Of a stretch of 64,000 nt of DNA, positions 53,561 to 64,000 are shown one piece after another. The notes beneath the pieces were generated by a model that worked only from the letters and a program-made list of their open reading frames with translations, was not told where the DNA came from and searched no databases. The number at the start of each line of letters is the position of its first letter. The stretch's first letter is position 1. The DNA comes from Octopus sinensis. Its lineage: Eukaryota. A program made the translations under genes and the position numbers. The DNA lies in NCBI RefSeq assembly GCF_006345805.1, contig NC_042999.1:38998001-39062000 (forward strand), written 5' to 3'.

Positions 53561-54194
53561 TAAAGCATTAAGAAACAGAACAGGAATTCCAATTTGCCGT
53601 ATAACTCCAAAGAAAACCAAAGAAACAATATATATTCATATTGATATAGATTAAAGGATGTTTAAAAAAAATCAATTTTATAGCCTTTGCTGTGTTTTTG
53701 ATGTTTCAGTTGCAAGAGTAAGTATATTGTTGATTATTTGAAGTATCCCAATTTTTTACCAATCGTATTAGAATTCCAACCATTTAATCAATCTATTTGC
53801 TCGAATATTACAAACAGATATTTTATGCATATACATATGTAAATATATTTGTAAATTTGTAACTGTACCTGTTGGTTTCATTGGAGGCATAATTATTTGG
53901 AAATACATATATATACATACATACTTATATATATATATATATATATATTGTGGTGTGTGTGTGTACATGTATAAATATATATATATATACATACATATAT
54001 ATATTATATATATATATATATATATGCATTTATATGCACACATACATATATATGCATGCATACACACAGACATATATATAGATGGAGAGAGAGAGGAGGG
54101 TAGGGTAGAATAAAGAGAAAGATGTATGTATGTCTATGGTGTACGTATGATTAGTTGTTTGTGAATGTTATCACATAACTGCATACATATACCC

Positions 54195-54236
<42 letters not shown>

Positions 54237-54660
54237 CACAGAAACACACACACGCACACATATACATACACACACGAAAACGCACCTTGTTATATATATA
54301 CATATTTTTAAGACTGAGTGAGTTTGTTCATGCCTGTGTAGCTGTGTGCTTATTGATTTTCGTATAGGTACAACAGGTGAATATTGAAACAAAGCAATTA
54401 TAAATATCTCATTTTTCTGTAAAATAGCGCATATAATTGTTTTAAAATTGTTGAATTAATATGGCGCATCTAAATATTTATTTGGAATGAAATATCGAAA
54501 GTCTCTTTCTTTTTGTATAATTCATAGTTCAATAACTCCTTATAAAACGGAATCTAACTTACACTGTGTGAACAAAAATGTAGATACAGGAAGGAACGCT
54601 TACATAGATACATACAGTCATACATATGTCCATATATATATATAATTATATATATATATA

Positions 54661-55050
<390 letters not shown>

Positions 55051-55224
55051 TGTAAAAATGTAAAGGATATCTATGCAAATATATACAGACATTTATAACA
55101 GAGATGATACGGGAATAATACAATATATATACATACATACAAACATATATATACACACACGCACATATATATATATATATATGTATGTATATAGATGTAC
55201 ATACCTTATATAATATATATATAT

Positions 55225-55271
<47 letters not shown>

Positions 55272-56029
55272 ATAATACACATATAGATAATATGCATATA
55301 TGTATATGTGTGTGCTGCATGTGTGTATGTGTTTGTGGTTGTGTGTGTTTATGTGTGTGTATTATATACATATGTACATAAACAAATGCTCGGATATGTG
55401 CTGATCAAAGTTCTTTCGGCACTGAACTCTACCTTTTCAATCACGTTTCATCTCCCTCGAAGTCCTACTCTGAATCTGTCAGAGACCTAGTCGAACGCCT
55501 GTGCATATGTATGTAGATGTGTGCTTCAATCTGAGATAATGGTGAAAGTAAAGGAAGTGTTTGTGAGTATACGTGTGTGTGCGTGCATAAACGTATGTGT
55601 GGTTTTCGTACGTACACGCGCGTAACTACTTGTATGTGTTTTTGTGTTTTTCTTGCTGAGAGTGAAATAGCCAACTGTGACCTCTTTAAAGTTTTTTTTT
55701 TTTTGTTCAAGGCAAGACCGGTCTGAGATTTCTTAGGATTAGCTTGTCGTCTTTTAAAGATTTATGGGTGTAAGGGGGCGGGATTCAAGAGGAAAGAGAG
55801 TGGTGGAGGTTAGAATAGGATAGGCATGTGTGTGAATGCATTCGTGTGCTCTCATGTATGCAGGGGGAGGGTACGATTGAAAACTGCCTGTCTACACAAA
55901 GAAATTCGTAATATAATTTTACATACATTCGTAATTATCTCGTTTATGCTTCCACAAATATACACTCACGCACATACATGCCTACACACAAAAAGCACCC
56001 CCACCCCACACGCACATGTATATAGGTGC

Positions 56030-56335
56030 GGCCGGGGCTGAATGGTAGGAAGCTTTCTTCCCAACTATATGGTTCCAAGTTCAGTCCCACTGCGTGGCGT
56101 CTTGAGCAGGTGCCATGTACTCTAGCCTCGGTCCGACCAAGCCCTTTTGAGAGGACTTCGTAGCTGAAAAAGAACGTAGTATCGGCAGCACATGCTGATG
56201 TGTTTCTTCCTCGTAACTTAGCAGTTCAGGAAAATAGAAGGACAGAATAAGTACTAGGCTTACAAGGAATAAGACCTGGGGTTGATTTCTTCGACTTTAT
56301 CCCTGCATGCCCACAGTCAAATAATGGAAGCAAAA
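56030..56335 (+). mobile_element. Degenerate SINE of the 7432/19005 family
   Basis: ggttccaagttcagtcccactgcgtggc...gaataagtactaggcttacaaggaataag. Confidence 0.7.
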
Positions 56336-56748
56336 GAACGAAGCAAAAAAAGAACGAAGTATAAAAGATTATATATAAACATATGCATACAATTGTATAT
56401 ATGTAACTATATGCCTATGAATGTCTGCATAAATATGTATGTATGTATTTAACACACCATATTAATAATATGTCGGGCATGTAGAAGAGAGTGTAATTCG
56501 GCAGGAGGACTTAAACGACATCCAAAGGTACATGAAGCCCAGTTACAACTACAGGGGGCTATTACCGGTAACGGTAGTTGCCAATTCTGTACAAGACATT
56601 GTAGATCTTTAGCAGTGCTTAGATCTTTAGCAGTGCTAAAATGTCACATTCTATCACAGCACCAATAACAGTCAAGCTTTGTGCAATGGTCATACTCGAT
56701 AACGAGGGGGAAGCCATAATAATGTATGTACGTATATATATATATAAT

Positions 56749-56791
<43 letters not shown>

Positions 56792-57000
56792 GAATACATA
56801 ACCAGCCGAAAATGAATGGATAATCTGAAACTCGACTGAAGAAAGGAAACTTCGATGACCCGTCCATGTTTTTCTTGTCCATCTTTTGTATGATCTGTCT
56901 GGAAGTTTTGCGTTCTTGTCCCCATTTTTTTTGTATTCCTTTTTATATACATGTACACCTTGGTGTAAATTGTTGTCACACAATATATACTTCTGTTTCA

Positions 57001-57194
57001 AGGCCGCGAGCTAAGAGAAATGTTAGCACGCCTGGCGAAATTCTTAGCGGCATTTCGTCTGCCGCTACGTTCTGAGTTCAAATTCTGCCGAGGTCGAGTT
57101 TGCCTTTCATCCTTTCGGGGTCGATTAAATAGGACCAGTTACGCACTGAGTCGATATAATCGACTTAATTTCGTTGGTCTGTCTTGTTTGTTCT
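57001..57194 (+). mobile_element. SINE, family of 42098, cut by the assembly gap
   Basis: Direct similarity to 42098-42300. Confidence 0.85.
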
Positions 57195-57294
57195 NNNNNN
57201 NNNNNNNNNNNNNNNNNNNNNNNNNNNNNNNNNNNNNNNNNNNNNNNNNNNNNNNNNNNNNNNNNNNNNNNNNNNNNNNNNNNNNNNNNNNNNN
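57195..57294. other. Assembly gap (100 N)
   Basis: Run of N. Confidence 1.
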
Positions 57295-58530
57295 GATTGT
57301 GTGACTTGGGCGAACAAGTTCGCACACGTACAGGTGGTTTTTCAGAATGAAGAGTTGGCGAAGAAATTCTCAACGATAACCCTTCATTCTGATGAACTAA
57401 CGTTGACACCGAGGTTACCTCGGCCAGAAGTCACGAAGGTCATATCAGTGGTGTCCCCAAGTGACTACAACACTGTGGATTACATCCGCCGTAACATCCG
57501 AAATGGAGGACATAAACATCCTAGATATCGGTGTTTCGGAAAACAAGGACTGGCTGGGAAAGAGAATAGAGTTCCTCTCCACATAAGTCAAGAGGACATA
57601 AATAAAATCCCCACCCACGTACATCTTGAGGATGGCCGCAAGTTATACGTAGTAGTCGAGGGCAGAAGGCCACGATGCTATACATGTGGCAGTGAGGCAC
57701 CATCAAAAAGGGAGTCAAATCTGCCGCAAAATTACAACAACAACAACAGCCACAGGAAAAATCACAAAAGCCAGGATTATTGCCCACACCACAATATGGA
57801 CAGCTAGTCAAGAAGCTGTATGCGGAAATGCAGGAAAAACAACAAAAACAAGCCAACCCAACCAAACAACACCAACACCAGCGCCAAGAACAGAATCATC
57901 ACACCAACAAAAATAAACCAATTCCAACACCAGAATAACAAACGAAGAAGACAAGCACCAAGGATGTAGGAGAGACAATAACCACAACAAACCCCCCAGC
58001 AACACCCTCCCCGCGCACCACAACAATATCTACAACCGCACAAACACACCCAGACGCTTTACCCTTGCCCCTGCTGATTCGTCAGACTTTCATCTAACGA
58101 TGAAAGTTCGACAGAATGGCAAATAGCCACAGGGGGTAAAAGAAAAAGATCAAGAAAAACCAAACAAGAAATCGCAACCAAAGCAGGGAGATACCTGAAC
58201 CCTGAAAACTCCATGCACAACAAAACAAGCACCAACACCACAAAAACAATGCTATCAGCGATATACACAAAAGACTCCAAACTAATGGAGTACATCACAG
58301 GATACACAAACATTTGTGAAGAGGACTTTAAAAATAGCAATCATCCACGCACTACACCACCCAAACACATCAAAATACTACACATAACACAAACACAACA
58401 CCACAAACTCAAAGCCCTCTTCCCAAATGCTGTAGGGGGTTTCCAGAAATATCTGTCCCAAAAACTATATAGAAACCTCCTCGAAGACACATCAAAGAAC
58501 GAGGAAGCCAAAACTTTCGACACAAGTAAG
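57295..58530 (+). pseudogene. ORF1 (gag-like) of the Tx1-like LINE, frameshifted
   Basis: HVQVVFQNEELAKK (RRM-like), YVVVEGRRPRCYTCGSE (degenerate zinc knuckle) and a low-complexity linker; ends about 55 nt before ORF2. Confidence 0.75.
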
Positions 58531-58584
58531 TAACTCTCTGTACTTTCATTTGTGTGTTTTTAAAGCACACACCCCAATAGAATC

Positions 58585-61500
58585 ATGGTCAAGATTGGTT
58601 GTGTGAATGCGCGTGGCTTGGGGTCTCCTTGGAAACAAGGATACCTCCTAAATGACATCAAGTCACATGATTTGGGAATCATAGCCATAAGTGAGACCAG
58701 ACTCCACGAGCCACGGGCCCTAAAGTCCATGTTTGGCGGACAGTTTTAACATTATATTTCGCTCCCTGTCTGCCGAGGATGGGCGGTAGTGCACCGCGGT
58801 ACTTTTTCACAAGAGCCTGGATCTCGAAGTCAAGACGATATTCGTAGACCCGGAGGGTAGACTGATCGTTCTGGATGTTGACGGCAGCAATGGGTGCGCT
58901 TTTCGACTCGTATCAGTCTACGCACCGCCCTTAACAGGTCGGGCGGATTTCTTTCGACGTCTAGAAGTATTCTTGGGAAACGTCTCGTCCTTTACTCTTA
59001 GTGGGGGATTGAATGCACCTTGGACACGCATGTAGACTACGTGGGTAGAGACAGAAACAGAAGGGGATGCAAATGCCTCAGAGACCTGCTCAGACGATTC
59101 CAACTGTCTGACAGGTACCGACTCGACCACCCAAATGCACCAACGTGGACATGGAGCAACCGCAGTGGGTCGTCGAGATCGTATCTAGATAGGATACTGT
59201 GTAGGACAGTAGACAAGGATAACTTAGGATGTCCACAATTCCACACAGTCAGCTACACGGATCACAAATTGTGACGTGTACGCTAGACTTAGATAAGACA
59301 CATAGACAGGGTCCTGTGGTACTGGAACTGAACGCATCATTCCGTCCAGACAAGTTTTCAGAGACCGGATTAGCACACTAGTAAAGAGGGCTTTGACGGG
59401 AGCCATCATCAACAACAAATGGTGGTTTGCCCTCAAGAGAGCAGTAAAAGCAGAAGCGATTAGGTACAGCAAAGCACTAGCCATAGATAGAAATAGAGTA
59501 GAGGGTGAGCTAGTAAGAAGCTAGAAGAGGCAATTAGAAGCGGCATCGCATCCGACGTTTTGGCGGCGAGGTTGGCCCTCGACCAACACTTCAACGCCAA
59601 ACACGAAGGATGTGCTGTCAGAGCTAGGATGCGTGCTCTAAGGAACGAAGGTGTTGGAGCCGCGAGAGAGGCCGGGTGGCAGAGGGCGCAACAGGGCAAC
59701 AAAGCCACCATTCGGTCACTGGTAGATGAACAGGGGCGCGAATTGCTCGAGCCAAGTAAAATGTGTGAGGCCTTTCAGCAGCATTTTGCCCGACTGTTCG
59801 GGACGAGTGGAGGCAAGAACGTAGGGTAGACTTCAGTGCCTACCCATAGCCTGCCACGACTCTCGACAAGAAAGGCAGGGTGCTGCGAAGGTGCCATCAC
59901 GGCGGCGGAAGTGCGGGAAGCGATGGCAGAATGCTCGAGGGACAAATCACCGGGTTTGGATGGTCTACCCTACGAATTTTACTATTGTATGCCAGACTTG
60001 TTTGGAGACGTCTTGGCAGCGTTTACTGCAACTGGCAGCAAAACGGGAGCATACCCGGTTTGTGAGTCGAGGAGCTGTAACTCTGCTGAAGAAAGATCCA
60101 AACAAGGGAAACATTATAGATAACTTTGGCCAATCACTCTGCTCATGCAGACCTGAAAATTTTGACAAAGGTGTTAGCCAAGAGGTTGGCGCTTGTCATG
60201 GAGAAACTGGTCGACAACGCACAAACGTGCGCCGTGCCGGGCCGGAGCATGCATGACAACCTCCATCTGATGCGCTACATCATAGACAGGGTAGTTAACG
60301 AACTGGCATGGGTGGGACCCTGATCAACTTGGATCAATCGAAAGCCTTGATAGAGTAGACCATCGATACTTGGAGGCAGTCCTGAGAGCGGCTGGTTTCG
60401 GGTCCCGTCTTCCGCGGCTGGATAGCTGCCTTGTACAGGGGCATCCGTTCGGTAATTCGCGTAAATGGACATCTATCGAGACCCTTCGACATTGCACGTT
60501 CGGTCCGTCAGGGATGCCCCCTCTCGGCGCTTCTATACGTATTGACTCTTGAGCCACTACTGCGGAAGATGGCGACTCTGAGGGGCATCCCGCGAGAATT
60601 AGGATGCGGGACAAGCGTGTCTGCATACGCGGACGACGTCACCGTCATAGTGTCAAGCCACGAGCACATCGAGCGGGTCGGCGAGACACTGAAAGACTAC
60701 GAAGCGGTGACAGGAGCGAAAATCAACCGGGAAAAGTCAGTGGGCTTGCGGCTCGGCACCTGGAGAAGCAAGCCCATGCCGTCCACCAGTACCTCCGTCG
60801 TGGGACGCTGGACAGACGGCCCGGTTGAGTTGCTCGGGGTCTGGTTCGGTCCGGACCTCCAAATGGAGAAGAACTGGAAACGAGAAACGAGTAGGGTGGT
60901 CACTCTCGCCCAGCAACGGGCCGAGAGGAAACTGTCCCTAAAAGGTCGGGCGGAGGTGGTGAACGCGTACGTCGCGTCCATCACTACTACCGCCTGACCG
61001 TCGTACCTTGTCCCGACCCTACCATCACCAAACTAGAACGCATCCTCTTCCGCTTCTTGTGGAAAGGATGCGTCCCGATGGTCAGGCGATCCATGTGCTG
61101 TCAACACCCGTTAAAAGGAGGGCTGGGCATGCCGTGGTTGATGATGCGCAGACACGCGCTGAGACTGCGACATCTCCGGCTCTATGTAGACGACGGTGAA
61201 CAGGTGTGGTCGCCGTTTGTGAGCGCACATTCCCGCAACTCGTCTCCATGACCGAACTACAGTCGTGGATCAAGAAGAGGCCGAAGAAGGGCGAATGGCA
61301 CCGCGAGTGTCGCGTTGCTCTCAAGCACTCTGCCGTCCCGGGTCGACCTTGAGTGACTTCAACCAAACCAAAGCATTCTATAGGGGATTAGTGGAGGGGA
61401 GGTACGACGACGAGCTCGGGGCAAACCTGGGCGTCGACGAGGAATACCTGACCCGCCTGTTTCAAACGACTTTCGGCCCGGGACCTATGGACAACTTCCA

Positions 61501-62006
61501 GAGATCCCTGGCCTGGCGGTGCTACCGAGAAGCGCTACCCGTTCGGGATAAGCTCTATAGGCATGGCTCGAGAAACACGGGGCCGACCTGCCCGAGATGC
61601 GGGCAGAGCGACGAAACCGCTCTGCACGCAATCGTGCAGTGTCCAGCAATTTCCCGCCTGTGGGCTTATGTCGAACGACTGCTGTCACGTGTGGGACGTG
61701 TCGGTTTATCAGCCGGTCTATCGTTAATATCGTCACGCCTCCTTCCTTCAAACGGGAAGGAAGAGCTATTTTCATCATACTTGTGGCTATGGCGAAAGAA
61801 TGTATCTGGTGGACGCGTCTGAAAGGATTAGAGACAAACACTTTCCTCTCTGGTCAATCTCTCATCAACTTCTTCAAGTATCACTTGAAGAAAAAAGTGA
61901 GAGTAGAGAGGCAAGTTTTGTCTAGTGAATGTTTAAAAAAAGATGGGTGAATGTAGAAAGGATGGCACGTATGAATGACGAAGCCACCTTGACTATGATT
62001 CTATGA
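58585..62006 (+). pseudogene. ORF2 (APE endonuclease, reverse transcriptase, zf-RVT), broken by multiple small indels
   Basis: MVKIGCVNARGL, ISETR, VYAP, SYLDRI, TDH (APE); SPGLDGLPYEFY, LDQSKA, VRQGCPLS, YADDV (RT); [18 protein letters not shown]. Confidence 0.93.
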
Positions 62007-62402
62007 ACCGTAAAAATTAATACAGAGAGTTGCTTATTTCAAAAAAAAAAAAAAAAGAAATATAACATGTGACTTCATTGACCGAGGTTACCGTGGTCTT
62101 TTCCGTAGGCTTTTCTTTCCACGGGTAACCTCACCTGTCCTCCCCTTACACTTCATATTGACATTTCTGTGATAACGATCCCTATTGATCATTTTTTTCC
62201 TCCCCCCTTTTTTTTTTTTTTTTTTTTTTAACCCCCCTTTTTTGTCCTTCTTTCTCTCCTCTTACGATCCCTTTTGATCGACCCCCCCTTTTTCATTTTA
62301 TTTATTTATTTATTTTTTTTCTTTTTTAAACTTCAAAAGAAAAGCTCTACCTTGTAATTTGTTCTATCTGTGTGCAGCCCTGTGTGGCTAATAAAGAAAC
62401 AT

Positions 62403-62447
62403 ATCTATCTATCTATCTATCTATCTGGCTAGCTAGCCAGCAAGCTG

Positions 62448-62514
<67 letters not shown>

Positions 62515-62520
62515 GTCTAT
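62403..62520. repeat. (ATCT)n array, 3' flank of copy 3
   Basis: Direct reading. Confidence 0.95.
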
Positions 62521-63029
62521 CAATATATATATATGCGTGTGTGTGTGTCTATACATGTACGTATCTATCTGGCTCTCTATACCTCTCTCTCTCTTTCTTT
62601 GTATATATATTTATACGTGCGTGTGTGTGTGTGTATGTGTGTGTGTGTGAGGCGTAAAGAAGTGTATTCCCACGCAGGAAAACATATAGTAGTATTGGTT
62701 GTGGGTTTTGTCAATGCACCTGAATCTAAAGACGTGTAATCGTTTTTTTTTAATCTTGTAAATGATTTATTCACATACCAAACTAGTATAGGTATTTTTT
62801 TACTTATCAATAGTACAAATATATAAGACGAAAGTGGCTTAAGACAATCTAAAGTTACAAGATAAGAATTGGAGACAAATATGTTCTAACGCTCAAATGT
62901 TCAAATGTTCACAGAAATTCAGTGACTTTCACAATGTAAAACTTAGGAACCCCAATACTAACATTTCAGTGTTTGTGTGTCAGTGTGAGGACAGTGCAAT
63001 CTAAGGATATGTACTAAGAGTGATATAAA

Positions 63030-63282
63030 TCAAACACCCAGTGAACATCTTGGTGTTTGGAGTGATCACTAGTGAAGGCGACGTTATACCTCCATTCATG
63101 TTCCCACACGGCCTCAGACTCAACAGGGATAGCTGCTCTCGCTGAAGAGGGCGGCTGCTGGAAGGGCCTATTTCTAGCAAAACCAAGTCATGGCTGTCAG
63201 GCAATTTCTGCAACCACACTATATCCTAATATCTGGCCACCTAACTCCTCAAACTCCAACTCCCTTAATTATTATGTGTAGG
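63030..63282 (+). pseudogene. Tc1/mariner transposase catalytic-domain fragment
   Basis: KHPVNILVFGVITSEGDVIPPFMFPHGLRLN and WPPNSSNSNSLNYYV, a degenerate WPPNSPDLNPLDY motif. Confidence 0.8.
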
Positions 63283-64000
63283 TAGATGTGCACCAACACA
63301 TGCACACTCACATACGCCACTCGGGTAATTATAACACTACAATCATACTCAGACACACACGCATATATACACGTGCACGTACACAACACCATGACCAACA
63401 CAACACACACACATATACATGAGCACACACAAACATAAAAATACACACACATAAACAATCACATATACGCACACATACACAGACCCACACAAACCACACG
63501 CCACTGAACTCTGAGACCAGTCAAAAACCACCACACATATACACAGTCATATATATACACACATCTAACTGTGCACACACACACACAAGCTCCACACTCA
63601 CATACACACTCACACCACCTTCAACTCTAAGACCAGTCAAAAAAAAACACCGAACCGTGAAAGACTAGCCCAGAAACCAAATATCCTTTTGATTCCACAG
63701 ACTATTCGAAATCAGATGTAACTGCTCCAAAACAACCTCCCACGCTATTTCTAAAAATAGCAACTATTCTTGCTATACGAGACTGGAGATGAAGAAAAAT
63801 GTTTGGTCATTCCTCTAAAATCCTTACAAACAATTATGATTTCTGATTAACTGTTGACAAAGCGATACACGCTTTCTCCTATCAAATACTGTCTACAAAT
63901 TCTTTCTGTGTATATGCTTATAGGCAATTATTATTTCTAAAGAACTTATAAACACTTATGAACTCATTTTACTGTCTATACTGAGCGCTTTTATGTAAAC

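Larger units (their letters stand above)
57295..62402 (+). mobile_element. Near-full-length L1-clade/Tx1-like non-LTR retrotransposon, copy 3
   Basis: ORF1 remnant, APE-RT-CCHC ORF2 and a 3' UTR shared with copies 1 and 2; ends AATAAAGAAACAT followed by (ATCT)n. Confidence 0.93.

Noticed and set aside
56601-56637. 18-bp tandem duplication tagatctttagcagtgct
   Set aside because: Ordinary slippage duplication with only two units; not a CRISPR-like array

Overview
AT-rich, microsatellite-dense eukaryotic DNA, almost certainly octopus. This is inferred from the tRNA-derived SINE families and the TA/ATCT/AAT repeat load; I recognise the SINEs from memory and ran no search. No host gene can be named with confidence, although a phase-consistent chain of short minus-strand exon candidates exists. 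Most ORFs in the track are microsatellite translations or transposon fragments. The window is a layered deposit of mobile elements. (1) An L1-clade/Tx1-like LINE is present as one near-full-length copy (57295-62402, 5' end lost in a 100-N gap) and two 5'-truncated tandem copies (2977-3455, 3663-4828); every visible junction lies in (ATCT)n. (2) At least three diverged subfamilies of REL-endonuclease (R4/Dong-like) LINEs sit in (TAA)n arrays, plus older decayed RT remnants. (3) There is a fossil Helitron, two Tc1/mariner fragments, a mariner-type MITE and a Penelope GIY-YIG fragment. (4) Many SINEs are scattered throughout. (5) (TA)n-flanked palindromic elements at 40.9-44.1 kb carry minimal type-I hammerhead-ribozyme-like motifs with non-canonical cores. 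The most interesting candidates are the ATCT-targeting Tx1-like family, the hammerhead-bearing foldback elements, and the apparent partitioning of microsatellite classes among element families.
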